Shown piece after piece: positions 45,498-55,667 of a stretch of DNA of 64,000 nt. A program made the translations under genes and the position numbers. Numbering within the stretch: the stretch's first letter is position 1; each line of letters starts with the position of its first letter. The notes under the pieces are model-generated. The model was not told the origin of the DNA, ran no database searches, and saw only the letters and a list, made by a program, of their open reading frames with translations. The stretch is from positions 1-64,000 of the IMG/VR virus record IMGVR_UViG_3300005838_000623. One strand, written 5' to 3'. The stretch is from a virus. Taxonomy: Duplodnaviria > Caudoviricetes.

Positions 45498-46042
45498 TCA
45501 ATATACTTTTTAAATTCTTCTGGAGTGGATTCAAAGCGCCATAGTGTGACCCAACTTAAATGTTCTTTTGTCCAACTTTTGTAATAGTTTGTATTTTTTG
45601 CGAGTGCTAGTGATGCGGAATTTAAAACATCCAGCCTTGCCACTAGAAACAAAGCCGCTTTGCCGAAGTTTAGTTCTAAGCCTTCGTGCGTTTCAACGTT
45701 GTGTGGGTGATCATCTAATGCTACTAAATTCATAGGCATTAAGTAATCGTTGATTTCATCTGAAATCTTTGTATACTCCTCTGCGGAGTATCTTTCTGTA
45801 GGTGTAATTACTGCTAGAATTTCAACACCTTCGTCTGTCCAAGTATCACCAAACTCCTTTAACTTGTTAAACAAGTCGTCATAAACAATTTCAACTCTCA
45901 TTGTATTGTCTCTTAAAGCTGCTTGAGCATATGGACATGCTGGCAAATTGCCAAACTCTTTGTGCTTCTTGGCTACAAAGTTGTTGATCCAATCGTATAA
46001 AGCGTCGATGATTTTATTTTGTTCAATAATGTCATTTGTCAT
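45494..46042 (-). CDS. DUF1415-like protein
   Basis: WINNFV...ACPYA, DDHP motifs; perfect AGGAGGT SD. Confidence 0.5.
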   Translation of the reverse strand: MTNDIIEQNKIIDALYDWINNFVAKKHKEFGNLPACPYAQAALRDNTMRVEIVYDDLFNKLKEFGDTWTDEGVEILAVITPTERYSAEEYTKISDEINDYLMPMNLVALDDHPHNVETHEGLELNFGKAALFLVARLDVLNSASLALAKNTNYYKSWTKEHLSWVTLWRFESTPEEFKKYID

Positions 46043-46150
46043 TTTTTACCTCCTATGATCAGAATTATTGTGGGGATTTTACAGCGGGGTTTTACTACGG
46101 GTGTAGTATTAATATTTAGTCGTCCGGCACAATAGTAAAGTAAGTATGTT

Positions 46151-46363
46151 TTAGAAAAAAGGCATACCAGTGTCTTTTGTTGTTTTTAAATTTTCAGTAA
46201 TAATTTCATTAATTATTTTTCTATCTTTGAAAGAAGTGCCGTAGGCTTCCGTAATGGTTATACCGCCTCGCATATACCATGTTATTTTTAGAAGTTCTTG
46301 TTTTATGGCCCCTACTTCTTTCTCGTAATTGTCAATTAATGCAATTACGTCTTCATACCCCAT
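46151..46363 (-). CDS. Baseplate hub assembly protein, gp51-like
   Basis: LLKITWYMRGGITITEAY...DRKII; follows gp26-like gene. Confidence 0.55.
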   Translation of the reverse strand: MGYEDVIALIDNYEKEVGAIKQELLKITWYMRGGITITEAYGTSFKDRKIINEIITENLKTTKDTGMPFF

Positions 46364-46374
46364 GGATAGAAGCC

Positions 46375-47220
46375 TTATACGAAAAAACTTGAATAATCAA
46401 ATAGTAATGGCATATTTGATTCGTGTTCACATTCAGGACATGTTATAACTACAGGAGCAAGTGCTGTTTTTTCTCGTATTGTTTCCAATGTAGCAGTAAT
46501 TTTATTAAACAATTTTATACTAGTGTTATTAACAAAATCTATTATTTCTTCTTTGTTTACAACAAGTTGTCCGTCTGGTAATTCTATACCATGGATTCCA
46601 GAAGTTATAGTACTAATATTAATATCAGTCATATTTTTAAGTATTTTATTATATATTTCTTTTACTTCGTCTGGATCCATACCCTCAGAATTAGATGCTA
46701 GTTGTATTGCTTGTTGTTCTTCAAAAGCTCTTCGTTGCAATAATGATAATTCTAAATAAGATAATGGTTTAATATGAACTTTTATTTCTCCATACGTGAT
46801 AATAGTAAGTTCATTATTGAATGTAATATTGCTTAATTTGTCAATGTATCCATCCAAATTTAATCCTACAACATGTTCATGATTGCATTCACCACATGTT
46901 TGTTCTATTTCCATTTGGTTACCATATGATGCTATACGTATTGCTATTAAAATGTAATCAACATCAGATGCTGGCATTGACCATGCATCTTTGATACTTG
47001 GAATACAACTTTGAATAACTTGCGCTACTGCCTCTCCAGATATTAACGCGTCTGGTGTTTTGATGATAATATCATCCTTTGCTGTCATTGGATATACTGG
47101 TACTTCTCCCGTTGCTGGCATCTCCAGCGTGCCTTCTGGATAAAATTGCCCTCCACTTGGTAATGTGATGTATATCTCTGGTTGCCTATAATATTGTATT
47201 AGGACACTATCTGTACTCAT
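46375..47220 (-). CDS. gp26: Baseplate hub subunit/chaperone, gp26-like
   Basis: ITLPSGG, PMTAKDD, DVDYILIAIRIASYG, two CxxC motifs. Confidence 0.75.
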   Translation of the reverse strand: MSTDSVLIQYYRQPEIYITLPSGGQFYPEGTLEMPATGEVPVYPMTAKDDIIIKTPDALISGEAVAQVIQSCIPSIKDAWSMPASDVDYILIAIRIASYGNQMEIEQTCGECNHEHVVGLNLDGYIDKLSNITFNNELTIITYGEIKVHIKPLSYLELSLLQRRAFEEQQAIQLASNSEGMDPDEVKEIYNKILKNMTDINISTITSGIHGIELPDGQLVVNKEEIIDFVNNTSIKLFNKITATLETIREKTALAPVVITCPECEHESNMPLLFDYSSFFV

Positions 47221-47242
47221 TCGAAACCCTCAAAATTTGATG

Positions 47243-47270
47243 TATAAATAATAACATATTACAATATTTA
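47243..47270. promoter_or_regulatory. Bidirectional late promoter pair
   Basis: TATAAATA (+, 47243-47250) and TAAATA (-, 47270-47265) between divergent genes. Confidence 0.6.
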
Positions 47271-47298
47271 CCCAATGTAATTAACTACGTATATTATT

Positions 47299-49785
47299 AT
47301 GGCATTAGATCCAGTAGAACAAGCGGCGATAAATCGAATAAACTCTTTATTTGCGAGTGTCGGTGCGGAAGCAGGCAATGCAGCTAGTAGATTAGGTGAC
47401 GTAGCACGAGCTGCAAGCGATGCATCTGGTGGCCTTGGTGGATTTGTATCTTCTCTTGGTAGTGCTAGTTCTGGCGTTACTGGTTCCACTAATAAAATGA
47501 CAAGTTCAATGAATGCAAGTGCTGGAAGTATTACGACTTCTGCCGGTATTCTTGCCGACGCATCTCAAAATATTATAGGAAAGATAGCATCTGCCGTATC
47601 TGGAGGAACTGCAAATTTTGCTGATGCTGGCGGACTAGCAACAGGTATGATGGGTGGCGTCACTAAAGCTTCGGGACTACTGGGTAAGAAATTCGCAGGA
47701 ATGGCCAAACCTTTAGCTGTAGTTGGTAAAGTCGCTGGTGTTTTAGGTACAGCCTTGGGCGCGGCCGCCAATTATAATAATGATTTATTACAAAATTGGC
47801 GTGGCTTAACTCGAACTGGTATATCATTACAAGGTGCGATGGAAGAAGTTGGTATAGCACAAGGCAAAGCAAATTTATCATTACACCAACTAAGTAGCCA
47901 TTTGAGTAGTAATAGTGAAGCATTTGCTGTGTTAGGTGGAACAGCAAGTGGTGGTGCTGAAGCATTTCTACAACTTCAGTCAACATTACAATCTGTAGAC
48001 CTTGGTTATGATAAATCCAGTAGATCTTTTAGGGAATCGTTAGAGACATTGGGTATTACTTCTGATGAAAGTGCTAGTCTTATTACTGATATGCTTGGAA
48101 GCCAAATGCTGGCAGCTAAATTTAGGAATCTAGATGAAAAATCCCAGGCTGAAAGTACTGCTGATTATATTATGAATTTAGATCAGTTATCCAAATTAAC
48201 TGGTAAAAGTAGAGAACAACTAGCACAAGAGCAAAAACAAATGGCCAATGATACTCAATTTCAAGCGGCTATGAATGGAAAATCCGCAGAAGAAATGGCT
48301 GCTATGCAAAGTGCAATGCAGAGAATTCAAGAGGTTGGCGGGCCAGCAGCTGTTGAAGCATTTAAAGCAAGACTAGCAGGCGTTGTTCCTGCAGGTAAAG
48401 AAGCACGGATGTTATTGGCAACACCAATGGGTAAAGTTGTTGAAGAAATGGCTGGAGAAATGGCCGGCGCATCCGGCGCTGATCAAATAGGCGGAATAGC
48501 CGACAGTTATACTAATGCGTTGGGTGAAGGTGCTAAACAATCACGTGATATGTTATTACCATTGGCTAAAGCAGGCGGATTAGTAGCAGGCGAGTTTAGT
48601 TCATTATTTGGTGTAATGAACAAAACTGTAATAAGAAATCAAGGATTAATTGACCAACAAGAAAAATTGACAGGAACTGTTGTTGATTTAAACATAGCGA
48701 TGCGAGCAATGTTAGATAGTGTATCTGGCACTAAAAGGGAAGATCCAACAGATCTAGATAGTGAGATAGTACAAGTTGGTTCAGATTTAACTAATACAGT
48801 TACTGAAGTGACAACATCATTGCAGGAAATTGTTAACTTCGTACAAGTAAAGTCTGCGGAACTTTCTAGGGATTATGTACCACCTGCACTTAAGGCGGCG
48901 ATGGGCGCATGGAATGGTGCAATGGCCCTGGGTGAAGAGGTTGGTGAATTTTTCGGCCAGAGTTGGGACATGCCTAGAAGCGCATATAATCGTGATGTAC
49001 GGAATGTAGAAGGCGATGCTCCCCCAACCCGGGCCAGAAGAGCCCAGGGCCCTACTAATGCGGAAGCTCCCCAGTTGGATAATGCCAATCAGGCAACGTT
49101 AGACGCTATTGACGCACTCACGGCTCAAAACGCCATCCGTCTTTCCCAGGGGAATCCCGCGTCTGACAAGGGTAGACTGGGTCAGGCAACCAGAGACGCT
49201 ATTGCCCCCGCTACAGAACAAACAAATATGCCCGTGGATCGCCTCGCGGAGATGCAGAATGCAGTTGGCCAGCAACTAATGAATACACTTAATGCATTAT
49301 CAGCTGATGAATTAATGAATGCTGACCAACTTCAGAAAATCCAACAACAGTTTATTGAACGAGAAGTTGCAGCTATTGAGAACTTAGGTTATACGATGAC
49401 GGACTCACAGACTATTACTTCACAAAAATTTGATGAACTTGTGAAAATATTTCAGAAAGCACAATATCAACAAATAACTGGTGCTAGTGACGCAGATGTT
49501 GACGCAATGCTTTCGACCGCACCTGGCGAGCAAATTGTCGATATTGCTAAAGTGTTAGGAAAGACAATCGAAGACAATAGAGCGGCGGAAGAATTAGTGA
49601 ATAGGAAATTATGGGTAGGCACTAGTAATCAAGATTTAGCAACGTTAATTGCTCAGTCTCAAAAAATATCCGCTGACAGGATTATTGAAGCTATTGAGAT
49701 GGCAGGCAAAGGTTCTCCTACACCGCGACCATCCAATAACGACATCGCCGGCAACGAATATGCAAAACAAGAAGGCGTCCGTTAA
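47299..49785 (+). CDS. Tape-measure-like / gp29-like tail protein
   Basis: A/G/S-rich, helical, LDQLSKLTGKSREQL; divergent from gp26. Confidence 0.55.
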   Translation: MALDPVEQAAINRINSLFASVGAEAGNAASRLGDVARAASDASGGLGGFVSSLGSASSGVTGSTNKMTSSMNASAGSITTSAGILADASQNIIGKIASAVSGGTANFADAGGLATGMMGGVTKASGLLGKKFAGMAKPLAVVGKVAGVLGTALGAAANYNNDLLQNWRGLTRTGISLQGAMEEVGIAQGKANLSLHQLSSHLSSNSEAFAVLGGTASGGAEAFLQLQSTLQSVDLGYDKSSRSFRESLETLGITSDESASLITDMLGSQMLAAKFRNLDEKSQAESTADYIMNLDQLSKLTGKSREQLAQEQKQMANDTQFQAAMNGKSAEEMAAMQSAMQRIQEVGGPAAVEAFKARLAGVVPAGKEARMLLATPMGKVVEEMAGEMAGASGADQIGGIADSYTNALGEGAKQSRDMLLPLAKAGGLVAGEFSSLFGVMNKTVIRNQGLIDQQEKLTGTVVDLNIAMRAMLDSVSGTKREDPTDLDSEIVQVGSDLTNTVTEVTTSLQEIVNFVQVKSAELSRDYVPPALKAAMGAWNGAMALGEEVGEFFGQSWDMPRSAYNRDVRNVEGDAPPTRARRAQGPTNAEAPQLDNANQATLDAIDALTAQNAIRLSQGNPASDKGRLGQATRDAIAPATEQTNMPVDRLAEMQNAVGQQLMNTLNALSADELMNADQLQKIQQQFIEREVAAIENLGYTMTDSQTITSQKFDELVKIFQKAQYQQITGASDADVDAMLSTAPGEQIVDIAKVLGKTIEDNRAAEELVNRKLWVGTSNQDLATLIAQSQKISADRIIEAIEMAGKGSPTPRPSNNDIAGNEYAKQEGVR

Positions 49786-49843
49786 ACCAAATTAAAATAA
49801 TAATAATATAAAATAGGGTAAATAGTAGTAGAGAGTAATTATA

Positions 49844-51520
49844 ATGACTTGGAAGAAATATTTTACACAGCCTAGCAATGTCGTTCCATTGCGTAATGGC
49901 ACACCAGATGTAGGTTTTAAAAACTACAGCTCAATATTACCTGAAGTATATTCAGGACATCCTAATCGTATTGAACGTTATGTTCAATATGATGGTATGG
50001 ATCAAGATAGTGAGGTTAATTCAGCACTAGATATTCTTGCTGAATTTTGTACACAAACCAATACGGAATCTGGCATTGCTTTCAAAGTTCATTACCATGA
50101 AGATGCTACAGATACTGAAGTAGATCTTTTACAATCACAATTACGACATTGGTATAACTTACAAGGGTTTGAGCGCAAAATATTTAAATTATTTCGTAAT
50201 GTATTAAAATATGGCGATCAACTTTTCATTAGAGATCCAGAAACGAAAAAATGGCACTTTGTAGATAGTGCTAAAGTAGAAAAGATTGTTGTTGATGAAA
50301 GTGCTGGCCGAGAAATTGAACAATATACAATTAGAGATATTGCTGTAAATTTTGAAACTTTAGCAGTTACTGAAAAAGATACCACAGGTAGTACCATTCC
50401 TAACTTAACTAACAGGCAAGGAAGTCCAACAAGTCAAACAATGGCAGATTCGGCAAAATATAGTTATGGTAAAAAGTCTGTTGCTGTAGATGCAAAGCAT
50501 ATTGTTCATATTAGTATGACAGAAGAAATGGATGGCAGTTGGCCATTTGGTAATAGTATTTTAGAAAATATTTTTAAAACTTATAAGCAAAAAGAATTGC
50601 TTGAAGATGCTATTATTATATACAGGGTACAACGAGCACCAGAGCGCAGAGTATTTTATATTGATGTAGGTAACATGCCGTCTCATATGGCTATGGGTTT
50701 TGTAGAGCGTGTTAAAAACGAAATACATCAACGTAGAATTCCTACTACAACTGGCGGTGGTACTAAAATGATGGATTCAACTTATAATCCATTGTCGATA
50801 ATGGAAGATTACTTTTTCCCACAAACAGGCGAGGGGCGTGGTAGTAAAGTTGAAACATTACCAGGTGGTGAGAACTTAGGCCAAATTGATGATTTAAAAT
50901 TCTTTACTAATAAAATGTATCGAGCATTACGTATTCCAAGTAGTTATTTACCATCAGGTCCAGATGAAGGTGTAGCAGGTTATACTGATGGTAGAGTTGG
51001 TACAGCATTAATACAAGAGTATAGATTTAATGAGTATTGTAAGAGATTGCAAACTATTATTGCTTCTGTTGTTGATGATGAGTTTAAATTATTCATAAAA
51101 TCACGTGGTATTAATATTGACAATAGCATTTTTGAAATTAAATTTAATGAGCCACAAAACTTTGCATCATATAGACAAGCAGAGTTGGATAATACAAAAA
51201 TTTCAGCATTTGCACAATTAGAGCAATTGCCATACTTGAGCAAACGTTTTATGATGGTGCGTTATTTAGGATTAACTGAAGAAGAATTGTTACAGAATAC
51301 TACAATGTGGCAAGAAGAAACAGGAAATTCACCTAGTGCTAATATTGAAGGTTCTGATATGAGATCAATTGGTATTACTCCAGGTGGATTAGAAAGTGAT
51401 ATGGGAATGGCAGAAATGCCTGAACTTCCAATGGAAGAAGGTATGGATGGAATGGAAGGTGAGGCAGGAATGACGCCCGGCGCACCTGAAGTAGCACCTA
51501 CAGAACCAACACCAGTTTAA
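49844..51520 (+). CDS. gp20: Portal vertex protein
   Basis: EDAIIIYRVQRAPERRVFYIDVGNMP...EDYFFP...VETLPGG. Confidence 0.95.
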   Translation: MTWKKYFTQPSNVVPLRNGTPDVGFKNYSSILPEVYSGHPNRIERYVQYDGMDQDSEVNSALDILAEFCTQTNTESGIAFKVHYHEDATDTEVDLLQSQLRHWYNLQGFERKIFKLFRNVLKYGDQLFIRDPETKKWHFVDSAKVEKIVVDESAGREIEQYTIRDIAVNFETLAVTEKDTTGSTIPNLTNRQGSPTSQTMADSAKYSYGKKSVAVDAKHIVHISMTEEMDGSWPFGNSILENIFKTYKQKELLEDAIIIYRVQRAPERRVFYIDVGNMPSHMAMGFVERVKNEIHQRRIPTTTGGGTKMMDSTYNPLSIMEDYFFPQTGEGRGSKVETLPGGENLGQIDDLKFFTNKMYRALRIPSSYLPSGPDEGVAGYTDGRVGTALIQEYRFNEYCKRLQTIIASVVDDEFKLFIKSRGINIDNSIFEIKFNEPQNFASYRQAELDNTKISAFAQLEQLPYLSKRFMMVRYLGLTEEELLQNTTMWQEETGNSPSANIEGSDMRSIGITPGGLESDMGMAEMPELPMEEGMDGMEGEAGMTPGAPEVAPTEPTPV

Positions 51521-51531
51521 TAAATACTAAT

Positions 51532-51777
51532 ATGCTTTTACTAGAGATTTTTACAGATATTGACATGAAAGAACCTGACACGGATGATAAGCATTCACGT
51601 TATGATCCTTCTGATGATCAAACTGTAATGAAAAAAGATGATACACGAAAAACTCGTTTAACATTAAAACAAATTAATAAAATTCGTCGAATGCAAGAAT
51701 TACGAACATCTGAACAATTAGAAGACGAAAAACAATATGCAATCCAATATGCCCCAGCACCAGCGGCACCTATGTAA
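51532..51777 (+). CDS. Small head-module protein (hypothetical)
   Basis: DTRKTRLTLKQINKIR; between portal and core genes. Confidence 0.65.
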   Translation: MLLLEIFTDIDMKEPDTDDKHSRYDPSDDQTVMKKDDTRKTRLTLKQINKIRRMQELRTSEQLEDEKQYAIQYAPAPAAPM

Positions 51778-51894
51778 AATTACCCCTTTTCACTCATTTT
51801 ACCCCTATAATCAAGTATATTAGCAAATTATAATTAAATATAATTATATATTTGTAATTTGTACCTTTATGAAATAAAAAGGAGTGATTTCGCT

Positions 51895-52632
51895 ATGAGT
51901 AATAAATTTGAGCAGTTGCTCGATTATATCATCAACGAAGAGCAAGATAAAGCCAAAGAGCTTTTCCATGAAATTGTTGTGGATAAGTCTCGTGAGATTT
52001 ATGAAGGCTTGATTGATGAGCAAGATCTTGAAGCTATTGAAGAGGAAATTGAAGAAGTAGAAGAAGAAATTTCCGATAATGAAGTTGATGATTTTGTTAA
52101 TGATATTGAGAGCGACGAAGAAGGTATGTCACTAGAAGATGCTGGTGAAGACCTTGAAGACGTTATGGACATGGATGCCGATGCCGATGCAGAAGGCGAA
52201 GAAGAAATGTCCGATGAAGAAACAGATGAAAGGATTAGTGATCTAGAATCTGCATTTGATGATTTACAAGCAGAATTTGACAAGTTGATGGCAGAAGTTA
52301 GTGGTGAAGAAGGTGTCGAAGGTGAGGAAGAACTTGCACCTGAAGAAGACCTAGAATTTGAATCAGTTGAAACTGATGAAGAGCCAGTAGAAGAAGCCAA
52401 AGACGATGACGATGACAAAGAAGAAGTTACAGAAGACCTAACACCAGCACCAGCACCAGTAGGTGATAAGAGTGATAGTGGTTCAGGTCCAGTAGCAAGT
52501 AAGAACCCAATGGACGCAGGTGGTGCAAACGCATCAAACCTTGGATCTAGTAGTTCTGAGTCAGGCGCATCAGACCCAGCAGTACAAAAGGGTAAAATGT
52601 CACCAAAAGCTGAAGTAAAAAACAAGGCATAA
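51895..52632 (+). CDS. Highly acidic prohead core protein (gp67/gp68-like position)
   Basis: D/E-rich; likely start ATG 51895 after AAGGAG; directly upstream of protease. Confidence 0.65.
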   Translation: MSNKFEQLLDYIINEEQDKAKELFHEIVVDKSREIYEGLIDEQDLEAIEEEIEEVEEEISDNEVDDFVNDIESDEEGMSLEDAGEDLEDVMDMDADADAEGEEEMSDEETDERISDLESAFDDLQAEFDKLMAEVSGEEGVEGEEELAPEEDLEFESVETDEEPVEEAKDDDDDKEEVTEDLTPAPAPVGDKSDSGSGPVASKNPMDAGGANASNLGSSSSESGASDPAVQKGKMSPKAEVKNKA

Positions 52633-52638
52633 TTTAAG

Positions 52639-53262
52639 ATGACTTATCTAAAAGAACACTTGACATTTGACCAAGCACGTATGGTAACCGAGACTGATGC
52701 AGACGGCAAGGATTTATATATGAAGGGTATTTGTATTCAAGGTGGTGTAAAGAATGCAAACTCAAGAGTATATCCAGTCAATGAAATACAAGACGCCGTA
52801 TCAACATTAAATGAACAAATCAATCAAGGCATGTCCGTATTAGGTGAGGTTGACCATCCAGACGATCTTAAAGTTAATTTAGATCGTGTTTCCCACATGG
52901 TTACAGAAATGTGGATGGACGGACCCAATGGCTATGGAAAACTTAAAGTTCTTCCAACACCAATGGGTAATTTAGTCAAAACAATGCTAGAGTCAGGTGT
53001 TAAATTAGGAGTATCCTCCAGGGGTTCCGGAAATGTAAAGGAATCATCCGGAGATGTTTCAGAATTTGAAATAGTCACGATTGACGTCGTGGCACAACCA
53101 AGTGCTCCAGATGCATATCCAACAGCAATTTATGAAGGCCTTCTCAATATGAGAGGCGGCCATCAATTGTTAGGAGTAGCAGCTGAAGTACGTGAGAATC
53201 AACAGGCGCAAAAATATCTCAAAGAAGGGATTTTGCGTCTCATAAAGGACCTAAAAATTTAG
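52639..53262 (+). CDS. gp21: Prohead maturation protease
   Basis: LGEVDHP, GVSSRGSG, DVVAQPSAPDA. Confidence 0.92.
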   Translation: MTYLKEHLTFDQARMVTETDADGKDLYMKGICIQGGVKNANSRVYPVNEIQDAVSTLNEQINQGMSVLGEVDHPDDLKVNLDRVSHMVTEMWMDGPNGYGKLKVLPTPMGNLVKTMLESGVKLGVSSRGSGNVKESSGDVSEFEIVTIDVVAQPSAPDAYPTAIYEGLLNMRGGHQLLGVAAEVRENQQAQKYLKEGILRLIKDLKI

Positions 53263-53271
53263 GAGAGCATT

Positions 53272-54384
53272 ATGATAGAAGTATTCAAACCACTTATCGA
53301 CAATAACCTAATCTCAGAAGAAGCAAGAGATGAACTTCAGGAGGCTTGGGACACCAAGTTGACAGAAGCTGCTGAGCAAAACAAAGCGGAACTCCGTGAA
53401 GAGTTTGCACAGCGTTATGAGCATGATAAGGAAGCAATTGTCGAAGCCCTAGATACAATGGTTACAGATTCTCTAAAACAAGAAATCCAAGAATTTGTTG
53501 AGGATAAGCAAGCAGTAGTTGTTGAGCGAGTTGCATACAAGACAGCAATTGCAGAGCATGCCGATATGCTTAACACATTCGTAACAAAAAATCTAACAAA
53601 TGAAATGCAAGAGTTTCGCACAGACAGAGGTTCGCAGACTGAAGCATTTGGTAAGTTAGAGGATTTCGTAATCAAAGCATTAAGTGAAGAAATTGTCGAA
53701 TTCAATGAAGACAAACAAGACGTAATTGATACAAAAGTTAAGTTAGTATCTGAAGCGAAAGCAAGACTAGCAGAACTTAAGAAGACATTTATTGAGCGTG
53801 GTGCTAAGATGGTGGAAGAGACTGTCACCAAAACTATTAAGGGTGAGATGTCACAATTAAAAGAAGATATCCAAAGTGCTCGTGAGAACAACTTTGGACG
53901 TCAGCTATTTGAAGCATTTGCCGCCGAATATTCAAATTCATATATGAATGAGAAGACTGAAGTAGCAAAGCTAATGAAGCAACTTTCCGATAAGGAAAAC
54001 GAACTTGCGGAAGCAAGTAAAGAAGTAACAGAAAAAGATGCACTTGTAGAAGCAAGAGAGAGTGAGATCAGAATTATTAATGATCAAGCAAGCAGAAAAG
54101 AAGTTCTTTCAGAAATGCTTAACCCATTGGCTAAGGATAAGAAAGAAATTATGGAAAGTTTACTTGAATCAGTTCAAACTGATAAACTTAAAGCATCTTT
54201 CGACAAGTACCTGCCCGCAGTTATTAATGGCGATGGTAGTGGTATAAAACGCAAACTAACTGAGTCAGTAAAGAAAGAAGTTACCGGTGATCGTGAAATC
54301 AAACAAGAAACTCAACCAGAGAACGATATCACCACTTCTAACATTATTGATATCAAGAAGTTGGCGGGATTAGCAGTTAATTAA
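53272..54384 (+). CDS. gp22: Prohead core scaffold
   Basis: Acidic coiled-coil between gp21 and gp23; GRQLFEAF. Confidence 0.8.
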   Translation: MIEVFKPLIDNNLISEEARDELQEAWDTKLTEAAEQNKAELREEFAQRYEHDKEAIVEALDTMVTDSLKQEIQEFVEDKQAVVVERVAYKTAIAEHADMLNTFVTKNLTNEMQEFRTDRGSQTEAFGKLEDFVIKALSEEIVEFNEDKQDVIDTKVKLVSEAKARLAELKKTFIERGAKMVEETVTKTIKGEMSQLKEDIQSARENNFGRQLFEAFAAEYSNSYMNEKTEVAKLMKQLSDKENELAEASKEVTEKDALVEARESEIRIINDQASRKEVLSEMLNPLAKDKKEIMESLLESVQTDKLKASFDKYLPAVINGDGSGIKRKLTESVKKEVTGDREIKQETQPENDITTSNIIDIKKLAGLAVN

Positions 54385-54406
54385 TTAAAGAGTTTAGGAG
54401 ACACAA

Positions 54407-55573
54407 ATGTCAGAACTATTAACAGAACGTTGGGAAGAAACCAAAGAAGCCTTATGTGAAGGCCTTGAAGGTACGCAACGTAGCACAATGGCAGTAACTC
54501 TAGAGAATACAAAGCAGTATCTCTCAGAAGCTGCAACAGCAGGCGCGACTGCTTCAGGTAACATTGCTACACTAAACCGTGTAATTTTACCAGTAATCCG
54601 CCGTGTAATGCCATCAGTAATCGCTAACGATATCGTTGGTGTACAACCAATGGCAGGTCCAGTAGGACAAATTCACACATTAAGAGTACGTTATGCTGAT
54701 ACAAATAACGCAACAGGTACAGCAAATGACGTAACAGCTGGTGATGAAGCATTATCCCCATTCCAGATTGGTCAAGCCTATTCAGGCGATACAACCGCCG
54801 GATTGGGTGCAGCTACTTCAGCACTAGAAGGCGCCGCAGGTAACCGTCTAAGCATTCAAATCTTAAAGCAACCTGTAGAAGCAAAAACCAGAAAGCTATC
54901 CGCTCGCTGGACTTTTGAGTCTGCACAGGACGCAAATGCAATGCACGGTATCGATATGGAAGCAGAAATTATGAGTGCATTAGCACAAGAAATTACTGCT
55001 GAAATTGACCAAGAGATTCTTGGTTCACTTCGTGGTATTGCTTCAACTGGTTTTACTTTTGATCAGGCAGCAGTATCAGGTACAGCAACATACGTTGGTG
55101 ACGAACACGCAGCTCTAGCAGTTGTTATGAATCGCGCCGCTAACCGTATTGCACAACGCACACGTCGAGGCGCAGGTAACTGGGCAGTTGTTTCACCAGC
55201 TGCACTAACAGTGCTACAAAGCGCATCAACAAGTGCATTTGCACGTACAACAGAAGGTTCATTTGAAGCACCAACAAATCAAAAGATGGTTGGTACATTG
55301 AATGGCGCATTGAAAGTATATGTAGATACATACTCTGACGGTGCAACACTAGTTGGTTATAAGGGTTCAAGCGAGGCAGACGCCGCCGCATTCTATTGCC
55401 CATATATCCCACTAATGAGCTCCGGCACAGTACTAGACCCAGCAACTTTCGAACCAGTCGTAGGCTTCATGACACGTTATGGTTATGTCGCACTAACAAA
55501 TACTGCATCATCACTAGGTAATGCAGCTGACTACCTCGAGAGTATTACTATGTCTAACCTCTCATTCACATAA
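54407..55573 (+). CDS. gp23: Major capsid protein
   Basis: VGVQPMAGPVGQI, KTRKLSARWTFE, FYCPYIPL, GFMTRYG; probable gp21 cut after LSE41. Confidence 0.95.
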   Translation: MSELLTERWEETKEALCEGLEGTQRSTMAVTLENTKQYLSEAATAGATASGNIATLNRVILPVIRRVMPSVIANDIVGVQPMAGPVGQIHTLRVRYADTNNATGTANDVTAGDEALSPFQIGQAYSGDTTAGLGAATSALEGAAGNRLSIQILKQPVEAKTRKLSARWTFESAQDANAMHGIDMEAEIMSALAQEITAEIDQEILGSLRGIASTGFTFDQAAVSGTATYVGDEHAALAVVMNRAANRIAQRTRRGAGNWAVVSPAALTVLQSASTSAFARTTEGSFEAPTNQKMVGTLNGALKVYVDTYSDGATLVGYKGSSEADAAAFYCPYIPLMSSGTVLDPATFEPVVGFMTRYGYVALTNTASSLGNAADYLESITMSNLSFT

Positions 55574-55595
55574 GTTTATAACTTATTTGACGAAG

Positions 55596-55620
55596 AAACC
55601 ACCCTATTGGGTGGTTTTTT
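55596..55620 (+). terminator. Rho-independent terminator
   Basis: AAACCACCC-TATT-GGGTGGTTT followed by T tract. Confidence 0.85.
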
Positions 55621-55667
55621 CTTCTTGTAATATATAAATATAGGAAAGTCATTAAAGGAGATTTAAT

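Noticed and set aside
51999-52625. 208-aa Ser-rich minus-strand ORF
   Set aside because: Antisense shadow of the Glu/Asp-rich core gene (GAA/GAT codons read as Ser)
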